Program-made: the position numbers and the translations under genes
Part shown: positions 18,101 to 27,894 of the stretch, in pieces
Layout: the number at the start of each line of letters is the position of its first letter
Position numbering within the stretch: the first letter of the stretch is position 1
NCBI GenBank assembly: GCA_046292765.1
Contig: JBKBQA010000009.1
Location: forward strand, 7,061 to 71,060
Source: Alcanivoracaceae bacterium
GTDB taxonomy: Bacteria; Pseudomonadota; Gammaproteobacteria; Pseudomonadales; Alcanivoracaceae
Length of the DNA: 64,000 bases
Reading direction: 5' to 3'
The notes under the pieces: model-generated
What the model was told of the DNA's origin: nothing
The model's input: the letters and a program-made list of their open reading frames with translations, nothing else
Databases searched by the model: none

Positions 18101-20188
18101 ATCTACGAAAGCAAGCCTGCCGCAATCTATATCCAGATCTCCAATGTCGTTCTTGGCGACATCCACTACGCTACGAACCCCCTGAACGACCACAAACTCA
18201 TCACGCACACCGGCGGCAATCTGAAGCTCAATTGCCCCCGCATCGCATCTTGGCTCCCGATCAAGGTCCCGTTGATCGCGACTTTCACATACATTGGGTC
18301 CCACTGCATCTTCGGGACTACCAAAGCCAAATACCGAAGGCGCACCAAATGCTCTCGGTGCATTGTTTGGAAGAAAACCGATAAACCCGCCCTCGAACAC
18401 TCGAGGCAGGCAACCTACCGACCCGGGCAATGACGGATCACAGACAAATTTCCCGACACTCCCTGGGCTAGCGGGATCGACTCCGACAAGCAGACTGTAG
18501 TCAGCAAAAGCGTAATCAATAGTCTCCAGCGGGTCATCAGACGCAAACTGTTCGTCAAGGGGGCCACATGATGCTCCCGCACTTACAACATACTCGATCT
18601 GAGCGACATCAAGAGTGCTACCGTCATTAATCATAGCTGGGCCATCATCTGCAGCGCAGTCACCACCCTCATTTCCAAGAATTACACTGTTAAGTATCTG
18701 ATCCAGTGAGTCTGACATGGCGGTTGTTATGCCATAGGAAAGAGCCACTCCACCGTCATTTCCTGCAATAGTGATATTGTTCAGACGCGTCACGCGCGCG
18801 CTTGCTCCAACCCGCATTGCAGACCCGTCAACGGCTTGGTTTCCATAGAATGTTCCGTTGACCAGAAGCAGCGCTATACGATTCGGAGTGTCGGCCAGAT
18901 GAATCGCTCCACCCGCACCGGATCCCGCGACATTCCGGTAGAAGTGAAAACGTGCACCGCTTACTGAGCCTTCAAAGTCCGGAGATGTTGCTATGGCACC
19001 CCCATCTTCACTCGCCTCATTATTCTCGAATCTGGCCACCTCGAATGAAACATTTCTGTTCCCACCCGCATAGATGGCGCCGCCAGATCTGGCCCGCCCC
19101 CCTGAAAGAATTGCGCCTCTACCAACCTCTAGCGCCCCTTCAGTAAATACAAGCCCTCCATCCTGAGGTCCAATATCATTGTCGTCCGGATTTCCCACCA
19201 TGGAAGTGTTGTATACGAGCAAACTGGCACCAGGGAATACACGGAATACCCTGCTTCCCGTCGATGCAATAATCTCGACATTTTTCTTGGCGGCGTTATC
19301 AAATGGCGTTTCTTTTCTCGGCTCAATCCGCACCACGGGGCTTACACTATTGCCCGCAAGATTTAGCCCTCCTCCAACAGAAAGCTCTCCATCGACAAGA
19401 ATGTACTCAACCGCAGACTCATCAGAGCTCAGGGGAAAAGATTTGAGAAAAATAGAGTTTGACAGGGATCCAGCAGGGCACTCCGCCTCAACAAAGTACT
19501 CTATATCACTCTCGTTCGCGGGAGGAGGCACGTCTTCAGACGTGACCTCATTGTCACCCTTCTGGACCTGAATCTGAAAGACGACTTGCGCCGAGGCGCC
19601 CTCACGAATCAAACCAGGCACAGCATCAGGACTATCTTCTGCGAGACCCTTGGGACTGTTTATCTCCAAACCCGCCCCGGAGAGAGGGAACAACAGCCCG
19701 GGAAGATCCTCTACTGCACTTCCATTCAGCGTCGTTGACCCGGACAAATAAGTGGACTTGTAACCTTTAAAGTCTGGAAACAACGGGTTCTGATCAGGGA
19801 ACAGGTAGCCGATAGTAACCCCTTCCGCATCACCGAACCCAACCCTCGCTCTCACCGTAATCCGATACTCGATGGTGTCACCTCGTCGCGCAACAAGCCT
19901 CTCACCTGCGGTAACGAGCTGACTGCCGCGAGATACATTAATAACGCTTTTGGTAAACGCCAGATTGCCACCGGAATGGCTCAGCTCCACACCGAGGACA
20001 TCAGTGAAATGTCCGCCGATATGCCCTCGCTGCGTATTTATGGCCAGCAACGCCTCGCGGAGAGAGCAGAAGCCATCTTCTGCAATGACATCATCTCTGG
20101 TGCTGATCGAATAGTTGGTCGCCCATGCGCTCACGGACAACACAGAGAGGACAAGTGTAGCGACCAAAATTGAACTACGGTGGAACAT
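15152..20188 (-). CDS. Giant secreted protein of two tandem CSLREA/right-handed beta-helix modules, each with a GlyGly-CTERM-like tail
   Basis: 1678 aa. Signal peptide, DGFCSLREAL at residue 41 and DGFCTLREAL at residue 861, GGAI repeats, CDAGAIELQ / CDRGAYELQ motifs, and a final tail LAGGVTFWALLFSGLLLIRRRS. AT-richer than its neighbours. Confidence 0.85.
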   Translation of the reverse strand: MFHRSSILVATLVLSVLSVSAWATNYSISTRDDVIAEDGFCSLREALLAINTQRGHIGGHFTDVLGVELSHSGGNLAFTKSVINVSRGSQLVTAGERLVARRGDTIEYRITVRARVGFGDAEGVTIGYLFPDQNPLFPDFKGYKSTYLSGSTTLNGSAVEDLPGLLFPLSGAGLEINSPKGLAEDSPDAVPGLIREGASAQVVFQIQVQKGDNEVTSEDVPPPANESDIEYFVEAECPAGSLSNSIFLKSFPLSSDESAVEYILVDGELSVGGGLNLAGNSVSPVVRIEPRKETPFDNAAKKNVEIIASTGSRVFRVFPGASLLVYNTSMVGNPDDNDIGPQDGGLVFTEGALEVGRGAILSGGRARSGGAIYAGGNRNVSFEVARFENNEASEDGGAIATSPDFEGSVSGARFHFYRNVAGSGAGGAIHLADTPNRIALLLVNGTFYGNQAVDGSAMRVGASARVTRLNNITIAGNDGGVALSYGITTAMSDSLDQILNSVILGNEGGDCAADDGPAMINDGSTLDVAQIEYVVSAGASCGPLDEQFASDDPLETIDYAFADYSLLVGVDPASPGSVGKFVCDPSLPGSVGCLPRVFEGGFIGFLPNNAPRAFGAPSVFGFGSPEDAVGPNVCESRDQRDLDREPRCDAGAIELQIAAGVRDEFVVVQGVRSVVDVAKNDIGDLDIDCGRLAFVDPADGGPFNPEVDCVVFPLMPSRGVLEVLVGDGVMLSADGEVVPLGYPMVHYTSVPAFHGVDQFRYTINRFAVIGDTYAGVGPSANVNLVVQPASGLTSKENISTLSGAGGFGLIFGVAMMILRWRQWFGRQFVLAAVSLLAIGAVGAAEIRVNSLADNDDIDGFCTLREALRASIDRSPFFVPDCMPGATGRDRIVIEVEGTIQLDAQLVVENSLVDIEGLGPEKTTISGNGLDRLILASSGMTLRNLTLEGGASAGNGGAIFTNASLTLDNVVVRDSAAAGSGGAIYLNYNSDLRRSVLLRRSHFVGNSAGSNGGVLSMVGQNQRHDIRIESSTFETNSAAQAGGALDINLPKGGSLRVINSTFSGNSAAEGAAMDLQQLDSSVTAYILNSTILNDPGAAAGAIELGDTLGNVQMSNSVYAGSGDCSSGSALLKESYYNLFDSVIPLGCIPAVPAASQSNDVAALSDIEAVLNGAVLSGYSYSADGAFIPPHFPVLILESGNPAFPLLVDAGNSNLDLAAGDGTPRACRSLDLRGQSRLSGGVCDRGAYELQVPTAIDDQGGNQIRFDRRARVNVLANDLVGDGVPDGAGGTAANIMLRGAIDLDPDTVATTGLATFPRSNGTGNFTVKRVPNGTWSFDHSAVLLSEGEYDLVALLRDRSGRAVASARQTVYVRSSAVPLESDRPSVVSSSLLSIDGLQDDDGPDSNDFITTNGALRIFGTSDAENGVEIELFIDEQSIGRTLLTASESACGGEPGSPQNSEDCIVLFDPGPLTCEELKAGVQETFSYRFHSFNDVSGLTVSEPAEVSVRIVNVPPQFKSRTVNSRAGESVVFDLDAIDPDGDLAFPEGLPLDLTSITMREAPKFAAVSRRVVQIEGVDEERFLVFGVEGVGAIDSSADGPVPGLEGLGLIVDPVARTVTYTPRTFETEFNDRFVLSIADECGSETAAEFRVVYPNRNKLAGGVTFWALLFSGLLLIRRRS

Positions 20189-20308
20189 GCTGTGACTCCG
20201 GCCGTTACCGGCCTGTTCTGGTTGTTATTGTAAGACGCGCGACTATAAAGCCTTATGGCACACAGAGTTAGCGCACCGAGTGTATCCCGCCCTCCCGGGA
20301 GCCGGCTG

Positions 20309-21022
20309 TTATAGTTTTGTAAGGCTGATGCCGCCGGGCGCCGGCTCCACTGCCCGGATAAACGGAATCGTCAGGCGCCGCTGGTGAGCCATTGCGAGGC
20401 CATCCAGCCGGTCCACTTCAGCGCAGATGGCTGCGGCATTGCGGGCGGTGCGGGCCATCAGGTAGCGGGCCGCCTCATCACTGATATCCAGCCCCGCAGC
20501 AACCCCTCGCTGCCTGATCAGCGCCACCAGCCCCTCATCGCCCAGTGGTCGCAGCTGCCAGACCGGGCCAGCGGCCAATCGCGAGGCCAGATCCGGCAAG
20601 GCGAAGCCGCACCCGGCCGGCGCAGCTCTGGCGGCGAACACCATGGCCCCGCCCCGATCACGCACACTGTTGTACAGATGAAACAGGGCTTCTTCCCACT
20701 CCGGACGCGCCGCCAGCAGATCGACATCATCCACCGCGACCAGATCAAACCGCTCCAGCCCCTCCAGTACCGCCGGTGACAGCGACCGAAGCTCTCTGCC
20801 TGAGAGAAAACACCCCGTCTCGCCTCGCTCGCGCACCGCGCCTTCCAGCAAGTGGCTGCGGCCAGTGCCGGCTTCACCCCACAAAAACAGCTGGCCCTGG
20901 GCGCACTCGGCCAGCTCGGCAAGCGCCGCCAGCAGCAACCCGTTGTCGCCGGCAATGAAGGAATCGAGACTGCTTGCTCCACGCAGCCGCAGCGCCAGTG
21001 CCAGTTGAGGGGAGCGGCTCAT
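20309..21022 (-). CDS. hda: DnaA regulatory inactivator Hda
   Basis: 237 aa. LWGEAGTGRSHLL is an AAA+ Walker A. Conserved position next to DUF2066 and purMN. Confidence 0.9.
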   Translation of the reverse strand: MSRSPQLALALRLRGASSLDSFIAGDNGLLLAALAELAECAQGQLFLWGEAGTGRSHLLEGAVRERGETGCFLSGRELRSLSPAVLEGLERFDLVAVDDVDLLAARPEWEEALFHLYNSVRDRGGAMVFAARAAPAGCGFALPDLASRLAAGPVWQLRPLGDEGLVALIRQRGVAAGLDISDEAARYLMARTARNAAAICAEVDRLDGLAMAHQRRLTIPFIRAVEPAPGGISLTKL

Positions 21023-22056
21023 GGGCGCACGGTCTCGCGCCAGCAGAGCTGTACTGACGGGGCCCCGGCGTCAGCGGAAGCGGCAGTGTGAGAGCAAGGG
21101 CCAAGGCGTGCATCCAGAGACAGCAGCGCTCCCAGTTGCTCCGGGTGGCCACTGAAGGTCAGATCCAGTATCAGCCGGCTACGGTCGATCGAGGCAACCT
21201 GAAAATCCTTGACCCCGGCCAGCGACTGCACGTGCTGGGTAACTGCTCGCCAGTCGTCCAGCGAGCCGATCCCGTCAACCACCAGCCGCTGGGCGATGGC
21301 CTCTCCGGGACGGACAACGTAGCGCGGGGCGATCAAGCCGGTGACGCGGTCCACCAGCAACCTGATCGCCTCCTGCTCATCGGCGGCATCGATTTGCCCG
21401 CTCTCCTCGACCCGCTGCTGATGCAGCATGCGCCAGCGCAGCTGGGGAGCGGCTCCGGGGTAAAGCACTGCGGCAACGACAAAGGGGGCCCGATAGCGAT
21501 CAGAGCCCCGCATCAGCACCTGATCAAAATGCCCGCGGATATCCGCTGCCTGAACCGCCGCCAAATCCTCCGCGTCCATCGCTGGCATCACCAGCGGCAG
21601 ACCGCGGGCAGCGGCGGCGTCGGCGAGGACGCGGGCCGCCGGGTCACTGCTCTGACGAGACAGTATCTCGCCACTGACAGAACGCTGGATAACCAGCCAG
21701 AACAGGGTGTCGGGCCGGCTCAGGGTCCATACCGGGGAGCCACGCTGTTCCAGCTGTCGCATCAGCACCGGCACATCAAAGCGGATGGTCAGCAACAACT
21801 CGTCAGCTGAAGCATCGTAGGAAAACTGCTGTGCCCAGCGGGAGGCGTCGGCCAACAACGGCGCCAGCGAGGCGTCACTGGCACTGGCCCGGTCTCCGGT
21901 GAGGCGTACCAACACCTGCCGCAACCCCTCTGACAGCGCCTTCTGGCGCGCTTCGGTGCTGCGATCGGCCACCGCCACCCGGACTTCCCCGAGGGGCGAG
22001 GCATGGAGCCCCGGGACACAGCACAGCAGCAGGATGACAGCGAGCAGAGTTCTCAT
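21019..22056 (-). CDS. DUF2066-like secreted protein
   Basis: Start taken at MRTLLAVILLLCCVPGLHA (signal peptide). Conserved synteny between hda and purM. 4-bp overlap with hda. Confidence 0.7.
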   Translation of the reverse strand: MRTLLAVILLLCCVPGLHASPLGEVRVAVADRSTEARQKALSEGLRQVLVRLTGDRASASDASLAPLLADASRWAQQFSYDASADELLLTIRFDVPVLMRQLEQRGSPVWTLSRPDTLFWLVIQRSVSGEILSRQSSDPAARVLADAAAARGLPLVMPAMDAEDLAAVQAADIRGHFDQVLMRGSDRYRAPFVVAAVLYPGAAPQLRWRMLHQQRVEESGQIDAADEQEAIRLLVDRVTGLIAPRYVVRPGEAIAQRLVVDGIGSLDDWRAVTQHVQSLAGVKDFQVASIDRSRLILDLTFSGHPEQLGALLSLDARLGPCSHTAASADAGAPSVQLCWRETVRP

Positions 22057-22245
22057 GAATCCTTCGTCCGGTACAGGAAAGCGCGTCATTATCCACAACC
22101 GGGCCCAGCTGTGCAGCCGGTCCGATGCAGAGTCTGGGTGCTGAGAGGCAAAACCGGGGGCGATGGTTCAAATTAGCTGCACGACATGGCTGAAATCCGG
22201 CCCCGCGCTGCTAGAATAGCCGCCCTCGCCAACCCGGAGCCCAGC

Positions 22246-23292
22246 ATGTCAGACGCCAAGACCCCCCTCAGCTACCGTGATGCCGGAGTCGATATCGACG
22301 CGGGCAATGCCCTCGTCAAGCGCATTGCCCCGGTGGCGAAGCGTACCAGCCGACCCGAGGTCATGGGCGGTCTGGGGGGATTCGGCGCCATGTGCCGGAT
22401 TCCCTCGAAGTACCGCAACCCGGTGCTGGTGTCCGGCACCGACGGCGTCGGCACCAAGCTGCGACTGGCGCTTGAACACAACCGCCACGACTTCATTGGC
22501 GTCGATCTGGTCGCCATGTGCGTCAATGATCTGGTAGTCGGGGGCGCGGAGCCGTTGTTCTTCCTCGACTATTACGCCACCGGCAAGCTCGATGTGGATA
22601 TCGCTGCCCGGGTGGTGACCGGCATCGGTCTTGGCTGCGAGCAGGCCGGCTGCGCACTGGTGGGCGGCGAAACCGCAGAAATGCCCGGCATGTATGAGGG
22701 CGAGGACTACGATCTGGCCGGTTTCTGTGTCGGCGTGGTGGAAGAAGACGCCATCATTGATGGCCGGCGCGTTCAGGCCGGCGACAAGCTGATTGCCCTC
22801 GCCTCCTCCGGCGCTCACTCCAACGGTTACTCCCTGATCCGACAGATTCTGGCCCGCAGCGGCCACGACGGCGTGACCGTCAATGGCCGCCCGCTGATGG
22901 ATGCTCTGCTGGAACCGACCCGCATTTATGTCAAGTCCCTGCTGTCACTGATCGAACAGGTGGATGTCCGCGCCATGGCCCACATTACTGGCGGAGGCCT
23001 GCCGGAAAACCTGCCAAGGGTACTGCCTGACGGGGTCACCGCCTGGGTTGATACCGCCAGCTGGACATTACCGGAGCTGTTCCAGTGGCTGCAGCAGGAA
23101 GGTCAGGTCGAGCCGTTCGAGATGTACCGCACCTTCAACTGTGGTGTTGGCATGGTGGTGGTAGTACCGGATACCCAGCTGGATCAGGCACTGGCACTGC
23201 TCGAAGCCAGCGGCGAGAAGGCCTGGCTACTCGGTGAGATTCGTTCTGGTGACGGCGCCCCTGAGGTCATTCTGAGCGGAGTCAACGGGTGA
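22246..23292 (+). CDS. purM: Phosphoribosylformylglycinamidine cyclo-ligase (AIR synthetase)
   Basis: [21 protein letters not shown]...GTDGVGTKL...DYYATGKL. Confidence 0.97.
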   Translation: MSDAKTPLSYRDAGVDIDAGNALVKRIAPVAKRTSRPEVMGGLGGFGAMCRIPSKYRNPVLVSGTDGVGTKLRLALEHNRHDFIGVDLVAMCVNDLVVGGAEPLFFLDYYATGKLDVDIAARVVTGIGLGCEQAGCALVGGETAEMPGMYEGEDYDLAGFCVGVVEEDAIIDGRRVQAGDKLIALASSGAHSNGYSLIRQILARSGHDGVTVNGRPLMDALLEPTRIYVKSLLSLIEQVDVRAMAHITGGGLPENLPRVLPDGVTAWVDTASWTLPELFQWLQQEGQVEPFEMYRTFNCGVGMVVVVPDTQLDQALALLEASGEKAWLLGEIRSGDGAPEVILSGVNG

Positions 23293-23981
23293 GCCACCGC
23301 CTCGCGGTTTTGATTAGTGGCAGCGGCACCAATCTGCAGGCGGTTCTGGACGCTATTACCGAGGGAACACTGGCCGCCGAGGTCAGCGTGGTGCTCAGCA
23401 ATATAACCACCGCTGCAGGCCTTGATCGCGCGGTCGCTGCCGGCGTCGCCACCATCACGCTGGATCACCGCCAGTACAGCAGCCGCGAAGACTTCGATCA
23501 CGCCATGATCGCCGAACTGGACCGCTTCCAGCCAGAGACCGTGGTACTGGCAGGCTTTATGCGTATCCTGACGGCGCACTTCGTCCGCCATTTCCATGGC
23601 CGGCTGATCAACATCCATCCCTCGCTGTTACCCCGGCACAAAGGCTTGCACACCCATCGGCGGGCCTTGGAAGCCGGCGATCGGGAACACGGCTGCTCGG
23701 TACATTTCGTCACCGAGGAGCTTGATGGCGGGCCGGTTATCGCTCAGGCACGGGTGCCGGTGCTGGCGAACGATAGTGAGGAATCTCTGTCCAATCGCGT
23801 ACAGGCCCGGGAGCACCAGCTCTATCCCCGGGTACTGGAATGGCGAGCCCAAGGCCGCCTGCAACTGGGTTCTGAGGGAGTCCTGCTCGATGGCATACGC
23901 ATTCCTGAAACCGGTATTGATATCGACCAGCACCCTGATGCTCGGCCTGCTGCTGCCGATGGCAGCCAGCGCCTCGCCTGA
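23289..23981 (+). CDS. purN: Phosphoribosylglycinamide formyltransferase
   Basis: [15 protein letters not shown], the [12 protein letters not shown] motif, and a GTGA overlap with the purM stop. Confidence 0.95.
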   Translation: MSHRLAVLISGSGTNLQAVLDAITEGTLAAEVSVVLSNITTAAGLDRAVAAGVATITLDHRQYSSREDFDHAMIAELDRFQPETVVLAGFMRILTAHFVRHFHGRLINIHPSLLPRHKGLHTHRRALEAGDREHGCSVHFVTEELDGGPVIAQARVPVLANDSEESLSNRVQAREHQLYPRVLEWRAQGRLQLGSEGVLLDGIRIPETGIDIDQHPDARPAAADGSQRLA

Positions 23982-24597
23982 CGGCCAACCGTTCCGTCAG
24001 GAGTTCCGTGTCTCCAGCTCCGGCGTCCCCGTCTCCATCAACGCCGAGCGGCGCTTGCGCCAGCTCGACGACAGCACCTGGCAAATGGAAGTCGAGGCGA
24101 AGAACCTGATCGGCCGGATCCGCGAAGTGACCCGCTTCGAGTGGCAAGACTGCACTCCGCTGACCACCTACTACAGCTACCTGCGTCAAGGCCTCGGCCA
24201 GAAGCGGGAGGCTTCCATGGTGCTCGACCGGGACAAGGGCGTGGCCGATGTCATCCGCAATGGCAGTGCGCGTCAGTATCCGATCGACCATGACACCACC
24301 GACAAGCTGTCACAGACGCTGGCCCTGCAATGCAAGCTCCAGCGCGGTGACACTGAGCTGGTGATGGACGTGGCCGACGAAAGGGGCCGGGAACAGCAGC
24401 GCTACCTGAATCAGGGTGAGGAATGGCTCCAGACCCCGGCCGGATCCCTGCGAACCGTGCGGGTGATCCGCGACCGTGATCCTCATGACGAGCGCCAGAC
24501 CTCGTTGTGGTTTGCCGTCGATCACAATTTCGCACTGGTGAAACTGGTTCAGGAGGAACAGAATCAGCGCCACGAGATGGTTATCCGGTCCCTGTGA
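23890..24597 (+). CDS. DUF3108-like secreted protein, copy 1
   Basis: Conserved partner downstream of purN. Signal-like [28 protein letters not shown]. The start is uncertain: 23890 overlaps purN by 92 bp, and 23938 is the alternative. Confidence 0.65.
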   Translation: MAYAFLKPVLISTSTLMLGLLLPMAASASPDGQPFRQEFRVSSSGVPVSINAERRLRQLDDSTWQMEVEAKNLIGRIREVTRFEWQDCTPLTTYYSYLRQGLGQKREASMVLDRDKGVADVIRNGSARQYPIDHDTTDKLSQTLALQCKLQRGDTELVMDVADERGREQQRYLNQGEEWLQTPAGSLRTVRVIRDRDPHDERQTSLWFAVDHNFALVKLVQEEQNQRHEMVIRSL

Positions 24598-25322
24598 TGC
24601 GACTGCTCCTGCCCCTTTTCCTGCTGCTCTCCAGCGCCGTCGAGAGCCAGACCCTGCAGCCTTTTCAGGCCGAGTTTCGTCTGCACGTCAGCCGCATACC
24701 CACCACTATCAAGGCGACCCTGACCCTTGAGGAGAACGGCCAACCGGGCCACTACCGCATGAGCATGGAAAGCCGCTCAATGATGGTGCGCAACCGAGAG
24801 CAAAGCGAATTCGTCTGGAACGACTGCGCCCCGCGCAGTGAAAAATACGAGCACCAGTTTCGAGGATTTGGCATCCGCCGCCAGCACAGCATGGTGTTCG
24901 ACTGGGACGCGCAGGAAATCATCTATAACGACAGTGACGGCGAAGGCCGCTATCCGATTGAAGAAGACACCCTTGACGAACTCACCATGCTGCTCAAGGC
25001 CCAGTGTCTGTTTGCAGAGGGGCTTTCCGAATTCAGCCTGAACGCCGCTTACGGTGATCGGCTGCGCGACCATACCTTCGTCATTACCGGGGAAGAGGAG
25101 CTCGACACTCCCGCCGGTCGCATCAATACGCTGGTGGTGGAAAAACGTCGCCGCAAGGACAGCGACCGACGCACGATTTTCTGGGTGGCGCCATCACTGC
25201 AATACATGCTGGTCAAGGCCCGCCACGTTGAAAGCCGGGCCCTGTTCGGGGAGTTGGTGATGCGAAGTTACAGCGGCCCGGCACCAAATGGCGAGCGAGT
25301 CCAGCTCGGCGAGCCGGACTAA
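24597..25322 (+). CDS. DUF3108-like secreted protein, copy 2 (paralog of the preceding gene)
   Basis: MRLLLPLFLLLSSAVES signal peptide. Shares with copy 1 the pattern QPF.(Q/A)EFR...W.DC.P......(R/H)..G......M..D.......I. TGATG stop/start overlap. Confidence 0.65.
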   Translation: MRLLLPLFLLLSSAVESQTLQPFQAEFRLHVSRIPTTIKATLTLEENGQPGHYRMSMESRSMMVRNREQSEFVWNDCAPRSEKYEHQFRGFGIRRQHSMVFDWDAQEIIYNDSDGEGRYPIEEDTLDELTMLLKAQCLFAEGLSEFSLNAAYGDRLRDHTFVITGEEELDTPAGRINTLVVEKRRRKDSDRRTIFWVAPSLQYMLVKARHVESRALFGELVMRSYSGPAPNGERVQLGEPD

Positions 25323-25889
25323 TCAGGCCTTCGGCAACGTTACGCCGAGCTGACCCTGATACTTGCCGCCGCGATCCCGGTACGACACTTCGCAGGCCTC
25401 ATCTGATTCGAGAAACAGCATCTGCGCCACGCCCTCGTTAGCATAGATTTTTGCCGGCAACGTGGTGGTGTTGGAAAACTCGAGGGTGACATGCCCTTCC
25501 CACTCCGGCTCCAGCGGCGTCACGTTGACGATAATGCCGCAACGCGCATAGGTGGACTTGCCGAGGCAGATAGTCAGCACATTGCGAGGGATACGGAAAT
25601 ACTCCACCGTGCGAGCCAGCGCGAAAGAGTTCGGCGGAATGATGCAGTATTCGCCGCGCACATCGACAAAGCTTCTTTCGTCAAAATGCTTCGGGTCCAC
25701 CGTGGCGGAATGAATGTTGGTAAACACCTTGAATTCATCCGCGCAGCGCACGTCGTAGCCGTAGCTCGACACCCCGTAGGAAATCACCTTGCCGCCTTCC
25801 CCGTTGCGCACCTGTCTGGGCTCAAATGGCTCGATCATGCCGTGCTGTTCGGCCATACGCTTGATCCAGCGATCCGACTTGATGCTCAT
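25323..25889 (-). CDS. dcd: dCTP deaminase
   Basis: 188 aa. [24 protein letters not shown]...VSSYGYDVR... Confidence 0.97.
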   Translation of the reverse strand: MSIKSDRWIKRMAEQHGMIEPFEPRQVRNGEGGKVISYGVSSYGYDVRCADEFKVFTNIHSATVDPKHFDERSFVDVRGEYCIIPPNSFALARTVEYFRIPRNVLTICLGKSTYARCGIIVNVTPLEPEWEGHVTLEFSNTTTLPAKIYANEGVAQMLFLESDEACEVSYRDRGGKYQGQLGVTLPKA

Positions 25890-25952
25890 GATGACTCCCC
25901 TATTCTGTGTCGCCCTGCGGAGCGCGCAGTGTAGCGAGACACGCCCTGACTG

Positions 25953-27047
25953 TCAGTGTTCTGTATGGATCCGGGGAAACGCCCGCTGCCCCGCGCCGGT
26001 CAGCGACAGACGCGCTGCCATCCGGCGAGCCACCTGCCGATAGGCGACGGCCTCTGCGCCGGCCGGATCCGCGATCACGGTCGGCCGACCGCTGTCGGCC
26101 TGTTCCCGTATCGCACGAGACAAAGGCAGGCTGCCGAGCAGGCTCGTGTCATATCGAGCGGCAATCCGCTCACCACCGCCTTCACCAAAGATGTGCTCGA
26201 TATGGCCACACTGGCTGCACACATGCATGGCCATGTTCTCGACGATGCCAAGCACACGAATACCGGTCTTGCGAAACATCTCAATGCCCTTGATAGCATC
26301 AAGCAAGGCGATGTCCTGGGGAGTAGTGACCACCACCGCTCCAGCCACCGGCACGCGCTGGGCCAGCGTCAACTGAATATCACCGGTGCCCGGCGGCATG
26401 TCGACGATCAGATAGTCGAGCTGGTCCCAGAGCGTCTGCTCGACTAATTGCAGCAGTGCCCCGCTTGCCTTCGGGCCACGAAACACCACCGGTGTTCCCT
26501 CGTCGACCAGATAACCCATCGACATGGTCTGCAGGCCATGGGCAGGCACCGGAATGAACAACCGACCGTCCCTGACGCCAGGGCGAGTGCCATCCGGCAC
26601 GCCAAGCATCAACGGCAGACTGGGACCAAAGACGTCCGCATCCAGCACCCCGACCCGGGCGCCCTCCGCCTGCAACGCCAACGCCAGATTGACTGCCGTG
26701 GTGGACTTGCCAACGCCGCCCTTGCCGGACGAAACGGCGATGATGTTGCTGACCTGATCCATCGCCGTTAGCGCCTGCTGGGGGCGATGCGGTTGCACCT
26801 GCCAATCCAGCCGCAAATGCAATGCAACGCCCTCCAGCACCGGTGCCAGCGCCATGCGGATCTCTGCCTCCCGCTCTGCCTGCACGCCAGCGCAGGGGTA
26901 GCCCAGCCGGACCTCCAGTCGCACCGCATCGTCCAGCACCTGCAGCGCGCGGATGCAGCCGGCGCTGATCAGATCCACTCCCATCTCGTCCGGCACGATT
27001 CCGGCCAACACCTGTCTCAGCACCTGCTCGTTGACTGCCATGACCAC
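25953..27047 (-). CDS. apbC: Fe-S cluster carrier ATPase ApbC/Mrp
   Basis: Deviant Walker A SSGKGGVGKST, the CxxC motif VCSQCGH, and an N-terminal DUF59-like region. Confidence 0.95.
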   Translation of the reverse strand: MVMAVNEQVLRQVLAGIVPDEMGVDLISAGCIRALQVLDDAVRLEVRLGYPCAGVQAEREAEIRMALAPVLEGVALHLRLDWQVQPHRPQQALTAMDQVSNIIAVSSGKGGVGKSTTAVNLALALQAEGARVGVLDADVFGPSLPLMLGVPDGTRPGVRDGRLFIPVPAHGLQTMSMGYLVDEGTPVVFRGPKASGALLQLVEQTLWDQLDYLIVDMPPGTGDIQLTLAQRVPVAGAVVVTTPQDIALLDAIKGIEMFRKTGIRVLGIVENMAMHVCSQCGHIEHIFGEGGGERIAARYDTSLLGSLPLSRAIREQADSGRPTVIADPAGAEAVAYRQVARRMAARLSLTGAGQRAFPRIHTEH

Positions 27048-27177
27048 TCCCGCTCCAGACCGGCGCCATCATAGGCGTTGGCGACAGCGCCGTCATCGGC
27101 GCGCGGGCAGCAAATCAGCACTGTTCATCAACCACCGGTTTTCTGCACAATCAAACCATTGATCGGGAGTTCAACCT

Positions 27178-27891
27178 ATGAAGCGCACTCATCTGTTCGT
27201 CGTGGCGGCCGCCGTACTCGCCATGTCGGGCTGCGATAACCAGACCACCGGCAATACCACCCTGCTGGAATCTCAGCTGCCCTTCGTCGAAGTGCAGGGC
27301 ACGGCGGAAGTCATGGCGACGCCGGACCGGTTCCAGGTACGGGCGGCGTTCAGCGAGCTTGGTGAGGATGTGGGTGCCATGAAGTCCAGGCTCGACAGTC
27401 AGATGGCGGATGCCCTCGCTGCGGCCAAGGCGCTCGGCATCGACGATAGTAAAGTGCGAGCCTCCTCGCTCTCCGTCCAGCCGGAATGGCAATGGCAACC
27501 GGAGCGGAAGCTTATCGGCCAGCGGGTATCGCGCGACCTTCAGATCACGGTAGATGGCCTTGATCTGTATGTGGCCCTGCTCGACCGGCTCGCCGCCCTC
27601 GGCGTTAGCGAGCTGCATCAGGCCAGCGCTGAAGTCCGGGATCTGGCGGCACTTGAGGATCAGGTTCTGAAACAGGCAGTGGCCAATGCCCGCCACCGGG
27701 CTGCTCTGCTTGCTGGCGCCGCCGGGCGGGAACTTGGCCCCGCCATGGTGATTATTGAACAGGGCACCCAGCTGCCCGGTCCGATGCCCATGCGTGCCAT
27801 GGCCATGGAGGCCGCCGCCGACAAGAGCGCTTACAGCGCCGGTGAAACCACCGTGCGCAGTCAGGTGCAAGTGCGTTTCCGGTTGGACTGA
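27178..27891 (+). CDS. SIMPL-domain (DUF541) lipoprotein
   Basis: Lipobox LAMSGC. Overall SIMPL/26-kDa periplasmic immunogenic protein pattern. Confidence 0.8.
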   Translation: MKRTHLFVVAAAVLAMSGCDNQTTGNTTLLESQLPFVEVQGTAEVMATPDRFQVRAAFSELGEDVGAMKSRLDSQMADALAAAKALGIDDSKVRASSLSVQPEWQWQPERKLIGQRVSRDLQITVDGLDLYVALLDRLAALGVSELHQASAEVRDLAALEDQVLKQAVANARHRAALLAGAAGRELGPAMVIIEQGTQLPGPMPMRAMAMEAAADKSAYSAGETTVRSQVQVRFRLD

Positions 27892-27894
27892 ACC

